Shown: positions 9,069-18,604 of the stretch, one piece after another | How the letters are laid out: every line of letters begins with the position of its first letter | Numbering within the stretch: position 1 is the first letter of the stretch | Source: an uncultured Phycisphaerales bacterium | GTDB lineage: Bacteria; Planctomycetota; Phycisphaerae; Sedimentisphaerales; Anaerobacaceae | Direction of reading: 5' to 3' | Assembly (NCBI GenBank): GCA_963718665.1 | Contig: OY970359.1 | Location: 32,001-96,000 of the forward strand | DNA length: 64,000 bases | Notes under the pieces: model-generated | Seen by the model: only the letters and a program-made list of their open reading frames with translations | Databases searched by the model: none | What the model was told of the DNA's origin: nothing | Made by a program: the position numbers and the translations under genes

Positions 9069-10343
9069 TTACTTCTTGTCCACCTTTGAAATCGAGTCCC
9101 TCATCGACGTATCCGCACTTATATTTTTCATCCGGTAATAATCCATTATCCCGAGATTGCCCTTGATGAACGCCTCTGCCATCGCCAGCGGGACTTTCGC
9201 CTCATTCTCAACCACCAGCGCCTGCTTCTCAACCACCAGCGCCTGCTTCTCAACCACCAGCGCCTTCATCTCCTGCTCGCGGGCGACGGCCATAGCGCGG
9301 CGACCTTCCGCTTCGGCCTGGCGCATTCGCTTGTCTGCTTCAGCTCTTTCGGTTTCCAGCATGGCACCGACGTTCGATACCTCCTTGTCTTTAGTGCTTA
9401 CGCCGGCAACGCTTACGTCAGCAATATCGATAGAGACAATTTCGAATGCCGTTTGAGCATCGAGACCGCTTTCTAATACTTTCCGCGAAATTCGGTCTGG
9501 ATGTTCCAGAACATCTTTATAAGTTTCTGCTGAACCAATTGCGCTGACAATGCCCTGGCCGACACGGGCAATAATAGTTTCATCGGTAGCGCCTCGTACC
9601 AACTGGTTAATGTTCGACCGGACGGTAACTCTGGCTCGTACCAATAACCTGATGCCATCCTTGGCAACGGCATCAAGCAACATCGCCCTATCCAGCGGAC
9701 AATCTATAATTTTCGGAGTAACAGTAGTTTCTACCGCTCTGAGTATGTCCCGCCCCGCCAGGTCGATTGCGCGGGCGACATCAAAGGAAAGTGGAATATT
9801 GGCCCGATTTGCTGCAATGATGGCTTGAACTACATCTATGACATGGCCGCCCGCGAAATGATGTGCCTGCAACTGCGCGAAAGTGACTGGAAGGTCGGCC
9901 TTACGGGCAATAATCAAAGCATTGACACAAACCATGACATCGCCCTGTGCCTGATACGACGCTAAAAAGCGTTTTTTTTGTGCAGCTTTTTCTTTTAACC
10001 ATGGTTCATTAGGCTGCATATCACTGTCTCGCTCCTGCAGGTCCTTGTAGCGAAATTCATTTTTATCAACCAACCATACGCTTTCGAGCTGCTGGGTGGT
10101 TAAATCAGAAACACCGGCCTGCACAGCCGCAATCCTGGCGCGAACTATATACTCGCGAGGAACACGACGCAAATACATGCCAATCAACTCAAAAAGGCTG
10201 ACGTGTGCCCCGCTAAAAAAGGCCATAATCCAAATCCTTATGAACGAAATAAAGATAAGGAAGGGAATAATTGCGATTACGCCAATTATAATTACTGCTA
10301 TTACCAGGCCATTGGCTTCAGCCAATAAAAAATTTGTTTCCAT
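9069..10343 (-). CDS. floA: Flotillin-like protein FloA (YqfA family) with internal expansions
   Basis: [50 protein letters not shown]. Confidence 0.92.
   Translation of the reverse strand: METNFLLAEANGLVIAVIIIGVIAIIPFLIFISFIRIWIMAFFSGAHVSLFELIGMYLRRVPREYIVRARIAAVQAGVSDLTTQQLESVWLVDKNEFRYKDLQERDSDMQPNEPWLKEKAAQKKRFLASYQAQGDVMVCVNALIIARKADLPVTFAQLQAHHFAGGHVIDVVQAIIAANRANIPLSFDVARAIDLAGRDILRAVETTVTPKIIDCPLDRAMLLDAVAKDGIRLLVRARVTVRSNINQLVRGATDETIIARVGQGIVSAIGSAETYKDVLEHPDRISRKVLESGLDAQTAFEIVSIDIADVSVAGVSTKDKEVSNVGAMLETERAEADKRMRQAEAEGRRAMAVAREQEMKALVVEKQALVVEKQALVVENEAKVPLAMAEAFIKGNLGIMDYYRMKNISADTSMRDSISKVDKK
9205..9265. repeat. 21-bp tandem repeat (about 3 copies) in floA
   Basis: ttctcaaccaccagcgcctgc repeated; encodes [19 protein letters not shown]. 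Confidence 0.9.
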
Positions 10344-10365
10344 TTTTGTATGCTCCTAATAAAAC

Positions 10366-10854
10366 TTATATTTTTTTTGCGACAACTATATTATTTCCTT
10401 CGACTTTTTTAACTATTATTTCAACCGATGCCTCGATCATTCCACCCTGGGAGACGACGCTATATCGTTTACCACCTATTTCAGCAATACCTGATGGCCG
10501 CAACTCTGTAACAGTCATCCCGCCTTTATCTCTAAGGCGACGGAAGTCTTCGCCACTGATTCCGGGCTCGCCGCGAGCTTTATCGAATTCTTCCTGATGT
10601 TCCACCAGTATCATTCTACGCCCAAAAGGTATCTTCGGGAGAAGCTTGACCCCAAGCAAAACCAGCACAGGAATACTGATAAAAATAATAAACAGGATAA
10701 CCAATCCCATTGATACGCTGGATATAAAACCAAGTATTACGGCTGCCAATAAAGAAGCTATTGCAAGAACGCTCAGTATACCGCCGGAAGGCAGAATCGC
10801 CTCAAGAAATACCAGCAGAATTCCAACAACCAGTAATAAGATTGCGTATGTCAA
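10366..10854 (-). CDS. Short NfeD family protein
   Basis: TM helices, then the NfeD OB-fold signature TELRPSG...VVS.G..I......V..VEGNNIVV. Confidence 0.88.
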   Translation of the reverse strand: MTYAILLLVVGILLVFLEAILPSGGILSVLAIASLLAAVILGFISSVSMGLVILFIIFISIPVLVLLGVKLLPKIPFGRRMILVEHQEEFDKARGEPGISGEDFRRLRDKGGMTVTELRPSGIAEIGGKRYSVVSQGGMIEASVEIIVKKVEGNNIVVAKKI

Positions 10855-10878
10855 AACACTCCCCTCAATAGCATTTAC

Positions 10879-12411
10879 TTAAGAGACACCTTGGTCACCA
10901 GATATTTCCTTTACTACTATATTGTTTCCTTCAATAGATTCAACAATAATTTCTTTATTCTTATCTATGAACTCTCCGCGAGAAACGACATTCACCCTTT
11001 CTAGTCCAAATTGAGCGATACCGGAGGGTCTTAGCTGGCTGATGGTAATGCCTTTCTGTGCGATTTCGACCAGCGGTTTCTCAGATGACATTCCATATTG
11101 TACCGCATCAGTTTCCACCGGCGAAGCCAATATCAGCTTTTTAGCGATAGGAATTTTAGGTAGATATTTTGAAAACAGCCAAGCCAAAACCAGAAACGCG
11201 AGGAATCCAAGCCCAATCGCCCAAACCTGGTCTGTAAACATTTTCCAGTCATAGTCGCTTCTGGGCCATGGAATCTCGCCGGGCGGGGTCTTTATGAGCA
11301 TCCCGAATAATCCGGCCAACACGAAAATTATCCCAATAACTCCCACAAAACCAAAGCCGGGTATGACAAAAACCTCAACAAGTATCAGCAGCACACCCGT
11401 TACGAATATCACCACCTCAACCCAGTTGGCCATCCCCGTCAGGAACTTGCTACCGACGATTATCACAAAACAAAGCACTGCAACTAAACCCGGCAGCCAG
11501 AGCCCGGGGGTTTGAAATTCAATATAAAGGCCTAACAGGGCAATTGTTACCAAAACTCCCAGTACCGCCGGCGAATTGAGCCAGCGAACCATTTCCTCCG
11601 ACCAGTTTGTTTCGAGCGTTACAGGCGGTCCGCTGAATTCGACGCCGTCTCGTTTTTCAAGGAAACTCAGTACGCCGTTGACGTCCTTGACGACTGCCCT
11701 GGCGATGCCGTATTCGTAGGCCTTGCTCGCCGTAAGCGTAAGCAACTCTCTATCGTTATTGACAAGTTCCTTATTATCAAGGTCATAAGTATTGGCATCT
11801 TTGGGAAGCTGTTCCGTTTCAAAATACTCCCATTGGCTGGTTTCTTTATTTTTTACCCTGTAAACCTCCGTTCCTACTGTTACCATTGCCTTTAGCAATG
11901 CCTGCGGGTATTTGTTCGCCTCGCCCGCCCTTGCAAACGTCGCCCGCACAAACGACTCGATTTTTTCCCTTTCAACCCCTTCCAGTTTGCCGCCCAGCGT
12001 TATCGGGGCACAATCACCTATTGTCGTGTTTTCGCGCATTAAGATATCGTTGCAAGACACTGAAATCATTGCCCCTGCCGATATTGCCTCGGTATTTATG
12101 TAGGCAACCGTATGCGCTCTTTTAGCGACATCGAGGATAAAATATTTTGATATGTCATCCGCTGCGGCAACCTCTCCGCCGTAGGTTTCTATCTGGTAAA
12201 TCAGGTAACCAGCGCCGCCGTTGAGCGCGATTTCCGTTCTTCGCTTTATTGATTTATAAAGCCCATCGTCGATTGTCCCCTTGCAGACAATCACCGCCGC
12301 CTGCACCATTTTTTTCTTTTCCGGCGCAGCGGCTTCTTCCCCGCGAATGACAGATAACCCCCCTATTGCCAATACCGTCCCCAATAACATTATTCGGCTT
12401 AAATTCTTCAT
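10879..12411 (-). CDS. Long NfeD family membrane-bound serine protease (YqeZ-like)
   Basis: Signal peptide, ClpP-like ETYGG and AISAGAMIS, TM bundle, C-terminal LRPSG domain. ORF track starts at 12465; ATG 12411 preferred. Confidence 0.88.
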   Translation of the reverse strand: MKNLSRIMLLGTVLAIGGLSVIRGEEAAAPEKKKMVQAAVIVCKGTIDDGLYKSIKRRTEIALNGGAGYLIYQIETYGGEVAAADDISKYFILDVAKRAHTVAYINTEAISAGAMISVSCNDILMRENTTIGDCAPITLGGKLEGVEREKIESFVRATFARAGEANKYPQALLKAMVTVGTEVYRVKNKETSQWEYFETEQLPKDANTYDLDNKELVNNDRELLTLTASKAYEYGIARAVVKDVNGVLSFLEKRDGVEFSGPPVTLETNWSEEMVRWLNSPAVLGVLVTIALLGLYIEFQTPGLWLPGLVAVLCFVIIVGSKFLTGMANWVEVVIFVTGVLLILVEVFVIPGFGFVGVIGIIFVLAGLFGMLIKTPPGEIPWPRSDYDWKMFTDQVWAIGLGFLAFLVLAWLFSKYLPKIPIAKKLILASPVETDAVQYGMSSEKPLVEIAQKGITISQLRPSGIAQFGLERVNVVSRGEFIDKNKEIIVESIEGNNIVVKEISGDQGVS

Positions 12412-12461
12412 AGCCAAAATCTCGCTCCCGCCTAATTTAACTCGACAACTCAAAACTAATT

Positions 12462-13577
12462 TCATGCCATTTTGCGCAGAATTTCGACGCCCTTGCGTAT
12501 CTTGTCGTCGCTGGTCGCGTAGCTTATGCGAAAATGTGTATCCTTTTCGCTGAACACGTTGCCCGGTATTACAAGGACGTTGTTAGCTATTGCCTTTTCG
12601 ACGAATTTGCTCGATTGGCCGTCCGGTGCTTTTACGAAGGCGTAAAACGCCCCCGCGGGCTTAACTACCTCGAATTTATCCTTCAAACCTTCGTAAATCA
12701 AGTCACGTTTTTTGCGGTAGGCGGTCACAATAGAAGTTACATCATAATCCATCGCCGAGGCGATCGCTTTCTGAAAAGGCGAAGGCGCGCATACGAAAGT
12801 GTATTGCTGTATTTTTATCATCTGGTCTATGATTTCACCAGCTTCGCCCCCTGCCGCAGCGTAGCCGAGGCGCCAGCCCGTAACTCCGTAGATCTTTCCG
12901 AACCCGCGAAGCAGTATTGCCCTGTCGCAATACTTTACTATTGTTTCGCTGGGGCCGTCGTAGCTATATTTTTCGTATATTTCGTCACTCAATACAACAA
13001 TATTATTTTTAGAGGCAATATTTGCAATTTCTTTCAATTGCTTACCGCCGAATATCACCCCCGTCGGGTTACAAGGCGAGTTGATTATTATCATCTTTGT
13101 TTTGGGCGTAACTGCATCTTTAATTTTACCCGGGTCAAGCTCGAATTTCGGATAGCAATCCACAAATACGCATTTGCCGCCTAACATATTAACCAGGTGC
13201 TTATACATCACAAAATACGGGTCGGGTATTATTACTTCATCCCCGGGGTTAATCAACGCCAGAAACGCCAGCAGAATACCGCCGCTGACGCCGCTGGTTA
13301 TCATCAACCTTTGTTTTTCCCAGCCGAATTCCGCCTTGAGGCCGCCCGCGATTTTGGCAAGCAGCTCCTCGTCGCCTGCCGTCTGGGAATACTTATTGAC
13401 GCCCCGTTCTATTGCCTGTATTGCCTCTCGTTTAATCGCTTCGGGCGTATCGAAATCCGGCTGACCTATCGAAAAATTAATCGGGTCCTTCATTTGTGCG
13501 GCAAGCGCAAAAACCTTCCGTATGCCGCTCGAATCGATATATTTCATTCTGTCTGCAAGTATTTTTTTCATAGCCAT
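12462..13577 (-). CDS. Class I/II PLP-dependent aminotransferase
   Basis: SIGQPDF, NSPCNPTG, SDEIY, GFGKIYGVTGWRLGY, FRISYA. Confidence 0.92.
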   Translation of the reverse strand: MAMKKILADRMKYIDSSGIRKVFALAAQMKDPINFSIGQPDFDTPEAIKREAIQAIERGVNKYSQTAGDEELLAKIAGGLKAEFGWEKQRLMITSGVSGGILLAFLALINPGDEVIIPDPYFVMYKHLVNMLGGKCVFVDCYPKFELDPGKIKDAVTPKTKMIIINSPCNPTGVIFGGKQLKEIANIASKNNIVVLSDEIYEKYSYDGPSETIVKYCDRAILLRGFGKIYGVTGWRLGYAAAGGEAGEIIDQMIKIQQYTFVCAPSPFQKAIASAMDYDVTSIVTAYRKKRDLIYEGLKDKFEVVKPAGAFYAFVKAPDGQSSKFVEKAIANNVLVIPGNVFSEKDTHFRISYATSDDKIRKGVEILRKMA

Positions 13578-13800
13578 ATAATATACCCCCCTTTTCTTCG
13601 CAAGCCAACTGAAAAACCGTTCCAAAAACCCATTTCACCTGCCCTGCGCAGCGTAAGTAAAGCAATGGGCATTGCGAAATTGCTGGGCAGAATCTAATAA
13701 CAACCAATGAATGTTGACTAAGCCGGCGTTTGCCGATAGAATTCGATTTTGTAAATTGTAATAAAGCGAGAATGGCAGGTACAATCAGGATTGAACTCGA

Positions 13801-14238
13801 ATGGACAAATCGGCTATCAGGATACTGTGGGCAGAAGACAACCTGGGCGATATCCTTCTCGTTAAGGAGGCCTTCAAGCAGGCAGGCCTTGCCCCTCATC
13901 TTAATGTGGTTGACAACGGCGTTGAAGCGACGGATTTCCTTTTCCATCGCGGCCGATATGCGCACGCACTGTCGCCCCAGCTTATAATCTTAGACCTGAA
14001 TATGCCCAGAAAGAACGGCCGTGAAGTCATACGAGACATCAAGACCGCCCCCGCCCTGCTGCAGATACCGCTTGTTGTCCTGACCTCTTCAAGCGACGAC
14101 CTCGATGTCCTCCATGGTCTCGACCCTAATCGCTGCCTTTATCTCGTCAAGCCGACAACCTTCCTCGCATTGATTGACTTGGCCAAACAAATCAACAACT
14201 TTTGGCTGTCGATTACCAACCCGGACACAAAACCTTGA
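13801..14238 (+). CDS. Single-domain response regulator (Rcp1-like)
   Basis: AEDNLGD, IILDLNMP, VLTSS, VKP. Confidence 0.9.
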   Translation: MDKSAIRILWAEDNLGDILLVKEAFKQAGLAPHLNVVDNGVEATDFLFHRGRYAHALSPQLIILDLNMPRKNGREVIRDIKTAPALLQIPLVVLTSSSDDLDVLHGLDPNRCLYLVKPTTFLALIDLAKQINNFWLSITNPDTKP

Positions 14239-14407
14239 CGAACCTTCTCACTAATGGGCACAGGACTTCTCAGCACAACAACCGCCAGCAGTTTTTCTGT
14301 TCAGATTCCGGTGCCAACTCCTGAACTGGCTTCTTTACTTCTTCTGACGCTGGCATTGCCTTTTCTGCTGAAAACCCGCAGGCACAAATCCTGAAAACCA
14401 CACAACA

Positions 14408-14436
14408 AAAAAGGCCGGCGATTCACCGGCCTTTTC
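14408..14436 (-). terminator. Intrinsic terminator after the small basic protein (probably bidirectional)
   Basis: aaaaaggccgg-cgattca-ccggcctttt. Confidence 0.8.
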
Positions 14437-14458
14437 AAGCATCGTTCAGGTATCTGTC

Positions 14459-14814
14459 TTATTTCTTCTTTGCTTCTTTTGCCGGTTTTCCAGCAGCGGG
14501 TGCTCCAGCTTTTGCGGCTGGCGCTCCTGCCTTGGCTACCGGTGCTGCTTTTGCGCCCGGCGCCGCCGGAGCCGCCCCTTCTGCGGCTGGTGCGCCTTCC
14601 GCACCGGCCACTGCGCCTCTGCGCCTTCTTCTTTCGCTTTGGCCACCTTCTTGGTATGGGTTTTTCTGTGACCAACCTTAGGCAGTCCGAGAACAGACCG
14701 ACCATCATCCCATTTTTCCTCGTCCTGCAATTTCTCTATGCGCTCCGCTCGTGTCAACACGTTGCGGTGCCTAACAAGTGCATCCTTCAATCTCAACGAC
14801 CGGTCAATCGACAT
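14459..14814 (-). CDS. PVC-superphylum signature small basic protein with Ala/Lys-rich tail; 1-nt frameshift near 14615
   Basis: MSIDRSL...RHRNVLTRAERIEKL...W...SVLGLPKV; restoring one base gives ...AVAGAEGAPAA...GKPAKEAKKK* ending just before the terminator. Confidence 0.8.
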
Positions 14815-14832
14815 CAAATATTCTCCTAAAAC

Positions 14833-15546
14833 TTAATCGTCAAACTTCTTCCCATAGGCGTCACTAAATGGATTAGGCCCGAACGTTTCGAACCCAGCCG
14901 GCGCTTTATAACCCGCACCAAGCTCAATTATCTTCTGCTTAGCCAGGTATCCGTCGGTCCCCACCTTTCCGGGATTATCATATTTATTTTTTGTTACCAG
15001 ATAATACCAGTTGTCCTTTTCAATAATCTCAGTTGCAACGCCCATTTTGTCAAAGTACTCTTTGGCCGGTTCTAAATGCGACCTGACCTGGTACATCTTT
15101 AATACAATTCTGTTTTTTCCCGTCGATGTCGGCTGATTGGCCGCCACTGTTGCGGCGGAAGTATCCTGCGCTGCCGGCTGTTTTAGAACAGGAGTATCCT
15201 GCGTTACCGGTTTAGGCGTTACGGGCTTCGCAGCCGCCGGCGTATTCGCCGGAATATTCCTGTTGCCAACCCGCTGGCCTAATCGAAACAACACTACAGC
15301 CGCCAGCAGCATACCAAGCGCAATCGCTATACCAACCTGATACGGTATCGAAAATTCAATCCGGCCCGAGTTAAACTGAGCAAAGCTGGGTTTTCTTACC
15401 CATCGCACCACATTGGGTAAGGTTTCCGGATTAGTCGAAGGGTTTTCCCCTGCCGTGCTATTCGGATGCAACTGCTCATAGCCCGACTTCGACCCGGCCC
15501 TGCCAATAACCTCGTACAACGCCTTTTTCTTCGTATTATGTACCAT
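14833..15546 (-). CDS. Hypothetical single-pass membrane protein
   Basis: 237-aa ORF with one TM, a Pro/Ala linker and a compact C-terminal domain. Confidence 0.75.
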   Translation of the reverse strand: MVHNTKKKALYEVIGRAGSKSGYEQLHPNSTAGENPSTNPETLPNVVRWVRKPSFAQFNSGRIEFSIPYQVGIAIALGMLLAAVVLFRLGQRVGNRNIPANTPAAAKPVTPKPVTQDTPVLKQPAAQDTSAATVAANQPTSTGKNRIVLKMYQVRSHLEPAKEYFDKMGVATEIIEKDNWYYLVTKNKYDNPGKVGTDGYLAKQKIIELGAGYKAPAGFETFGPNPFSDAYGKKFDD

Positions 15547-15864
15547 AGCAGTCGCCGCCTAAAACCAGCACCTTTTTACACTATTGCCGCATCCTTTTCA
15601 ATAACAAAATTCAACTATTTAACGCCTGTCCACCTGCGTTAGCATTTTTTCCTGCCTTACTTTTGCTCCCTTAGGTATTCCTTCAGCAAGTGGCTTTTTG
15701 TGTGGAGCTATTCATATCCACTGTCTTTTGCAGAAAAAATGCTTCTACAGTGCCATACAGTTGTCACACCCCCCAGAAAATTCCTTGAATTTAATGGAGA
15801 TCTGGCTGATTTTGATTTCTGTTGCACACTGGAAAAATCGCCCACACCCAGCAACACTTTTACA

Positions 15865-15893
15865 CCACCCCCCGCTTTACCGGGGGGTTTTTT
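15865..15893. terminator. GC-rich hairpin downstream of pyrG (terminator or IS200-type end)
   Basis: accccccg-cttta-ccggggggt-tttttt; the T tract is on the + strand. Confidence 0.6.
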
Positions 15894-15907
15894 AATGGTC
15901 AACGAAT

Positions 15908-17671
15908 TTATGAGCAGAGGTTTCGCACGGCGGTAACACAATCCGGGGAATCGTTTTTCGGGTAGCGTTTCTGCATAGCCGCGGCGACAAGCCCCACAAA
16001 CATTGGCTGGGGACGCAATGGGCGGGAGGTCAGGCAGGGATGCGCCTGGGTTCCCACGAAATAGGGATGCTGTGGCAATTCGAGGATTTGCATAATGGGT
16101 TGTCCCGGAGCTTTGCCTGAAAAAACAAGGCCTGCTTTTTCGAAGGTTTCAATATATCGCGGCGCGACTTCGTAGCGGTGCCTGAAACGCATTCGGACGG
16201 TGTGTGCCTTCGCGAACAACTGCCAGGCAAAGGTATCCGGTTTAAGCTCGATATCGAAACCGCCGAGGCGCATATTGCCGCCGAGGCCTTCGATTTTTAA
16301 TTGCTCCGGGAGATAATCGATAACGGGGTTCTCGCAATCCTTGTCAATTTCGGTGCTGTTTGCGCCTGCTAATCCGCAGACGTTGCGGGCGAATTCGATT
16401 ACGGCCATCTGGAAGCCGAAGCATATACCGAGATATGGTAAATTATTTTCGCGGGCGTGTTTGACGCAGCAGATTTTGCCCTCCGCGCCGCGTGTGCCGA
16501 AACCGCCGGGGACGATAATGCCATCGACATCGGCAAGATGCTGGGCCACGTTGGTATCACTGATGCCGGTTGTCTCAATCCATTTGATATCCACCTTTGC
16601 ACCAAGCGCGATGCCGGCGTGTTCGAGCGAGTTAATAATTGAGGCGTAGCTGTCGCGGACAGAAGTATATTTACCGGTGATTGCGATTGTAACGGGCTTT
16701 TGTGCGGTGTCGATTCTGTCGGTGAAATCGCACCACTGCGCCCAACTTTTGCGTTCGTGGCGAAGATTAAGGCGGTCCTCGATTTTCAAGAGACGCGCGA
16801 CCTCGAAATCAAGCCCCTTGTCGCGCAGCATAGCCGGTATCGTATAAATACTGGCGGAATCGTGCAGGGAGATGACCCGTTCGAAGGGAACATTACTATA
16901 GACGCTGATTTTCTGGCGGACGGTATCGGTAACAGGACTCGTGGCCCGGCAGGCGATTATGTCGGGTTGCACCCCAAGCTGCATCAACTGCTTGATTCCA
17001 AGTTGTGCGGCCTTCGATTTCTGCTCGCCCAATGTCTGCGGCTCAAGAATATACGTCAGCGCGACAAAGCAGGCGCTGTTCGGGCCTTCCTCGTAGGCCA
17101 GCTCGCGCATCGCCTCGATGAAATACGCGTTTTCGAGGTCGCCCACTGTGCCACCTATTTCGACGAATACAATATCCGCGTTTGTTTTCATCGCGAGATT
17201 TCGCAGGCGTAATTTTACTTCGCCCGTAACGTGCGGAATCATCTGGACGTCCCTGCCAAGGTAATCGCCGTGGCGTTCCTTGTTGAGGACGTCGCTGAAA
17301 ATCTGCCCCGACGTGCAGAAGTTCGCCCTGCTCAAATCCTGGTCGAGCATACGCTCGTATGTGCCGAGGTCCATATCACATTCCATACCGTCGTCGAGGA
17401 CAAAAACCTCGCCATGGCGGAACGGATTGAGAGTGCCTGAATCTATATTAAGATAACCTTCGAGCTTGATGGGGGCGATTTTAAGCCCCTTATCCTGCAT
17501 AAGCTTTGCAAGGCAGGATGAGAAGATGCCTTTGCCTAAGCCGCTCATCACTGTTCCCATAACGAAGAGGTATTTCGTCTTGCCGGGCTTATAGCCGGGA
17601 GGCATAGGCGAGAAAAATTCGCTGTCGGTTGATGTTTTACTTACCGATGTCAACAGTTCACTATCCTTCAT
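15908..17671 (-). CDS. pyrG: CTP synthase
   Basis: SGLGKG, HGEVFVLDDG.E.D.DLG, VPGGFG, GICFG, RHRYE. Confidence 0.97.
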   Translation of the reverse strand: MKDSELLTSVSKTSTDSEFFSPMPPGYKPGKTKYLFVMGTVMSGLGKGIFSSCLAKLMQDKGLKIAPIKLEGYLNIDSGTLNPFRHGEVFVLDDGMECDMDLGTYERMLDQDLSRANFCTSGQIFSDVLNKERHGDYLGRDVQMIPHVTGEVKLRLRNLAMKTNADIVFVEIGGTVGDLENAYFIEAMRELAYEEGPNSACFVALTYILEPQTLGEQKSKAAQLGIKQLMQLGVQPDIIACRATSPVTDTVRQKISVYSNVPFERVISLHDSASIYTIPAMLRDKGLDFEVARLLKIEDRLNLRHERKSWAQWCDFTDRIDTAQKPVTIAITGKYTSVRDSYASIINSLEHAGIALGAKVDIKWIETTGISDTNVAQHLADVDGIIVPGGFGTRGAEGKICCVKHARENNLPYLGICFGFQMAVIEFARNVCGLAGANSTEIDKDCENPVIDYLPEQLKIEGLGGNMRLGGFDIELKPDTFAWQLFAKAHTVRMRFRHRYEVAPRYIETFEKAGLVFSGKAPGQPIMQILELPQHPYFVGTQAHPCLTSRPLRPQPMFVGLVAAAMQKRYPKNDSPDCVTAVRNLCS

Positions 17672-17682
17672 AAATCACCCTT

Positions 17683-17734
17683 GCCACAGAGATTATTTAT
17701 TTTTTAGCCACAGAGGTCACAGAGCACACAGAGA
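17683..17734. repeat. Left arm of the inverted repeat flanking the FRG gene
   Basis: gccacagag-attatttatttttta-gccacagaggtcacagagcacacagaga. Confidence 0.8.
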
Positions 17735-17762
17735 TAATTTTTTCATATTTAGAGTCAACTAT

Positions 17763-18527
17763 CTATTTCAGAAACAATTCCCGCAAAGCTAACGTCTCCA
17801 TAAGACTCGGTTCTGAGTCGAAGAGCGAATACGCTGTGATGTTCATTGAGTCTAATTTTTTAAGCACCTTTTGCCTTTCTGATGCGGGGATATCATACTT
17901 AATCAGAGCACCTTCTTCATCTCCCTCGACATCTTCATGGTTAGCAAAATATGTCTCCTTGTTTTCTACACCAACACAAATTGAATACTCGCTTTGCTGT
18001 AAATAATGTTTGTAATCAGTTGCTATGGTATGGCCTAAAGGATATATACGCGGTTCATCTCCATACTGACAATTCCACAGCCCACAAAAAATGGATATAT
18101 ATTCTGCTTTGGAATATATATCCCTAAAAGCAAAGAAAGCGGCTATGTACGCGGATTTAGTCCAATCTATTAAAGGACTAGGAAACCCATTGTGCCTTAA
18201 GTATGCCATAAATTCATAAGTCGATAATGGTAATTCAAAATCTCCGAGGTGTATCGTTGAGACCGCTGTTTCAATATCCCATTTCCTACCGGTGCACGTA
18301 GCAACGTGTTTACAAACAATTTTTAATATTCTTTGGTACTCGGAAAACTTAACCTTCTTTTTTATTCTATCGAGGGTCGATTCCAGATGATATTCCGAAT
18401 CGCTTACTCCTCTGAAAAGAGGAAAGAATTTACAACCATATTTTTCATAGAGTTGCTTCGTCTTATCATTTATATCAACCAAGGCCTGTTCAAATTCTTC
18501 CCAAGATTTGAATACTTTATTTTCCAT
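17763..18527 (-). CDS. FRG domain protein
   Basis: LFRG...L.STL.R, LRHNGFPSPLIDWT....AAFFA; visibly more AT-rich than its neighbours. Confidence 0.9.
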   Translation of the reverse strand: MENKVFKSWEEFEQALVDINDKTKQLYEKYGCKFFPLFRGVSDSEYHLESTLDRIKKKVKFSEYQRILKIVCKHVATCTGRKWDIETAVSTIHLGDFELPLSTYEFMAYLRHNGFPSPLIDWTKSAYIAAFFAFRDIYSKAEYISIFCGLWNCQYGDEPRIYPLGHTIATDYKHYLQQSEYSICVGVENKETYFANHEDVEGDEEGALIKYDIPASERQKVLKKLDSMNITAYSLFDSEPSLMETLALRELFLK

Positions 18528-18559
18528 AGTATTGTCCGTTTTACAGCTAAAATCTTTTT

Positions 18560-18604
18560 TCTATGTGCTCTCTGTGGCTAAAAATCATTTATTTCCTCTG
18601 TGGC
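18560..18604. repeat. Right arm of the inverted repeat flanking the FRG gene; overlaps the kdsB 3' end
   Basis: tctatgtgctctctgtggctaaaaat-catttatttc-ctctgtggc. Confidence 0.8.
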
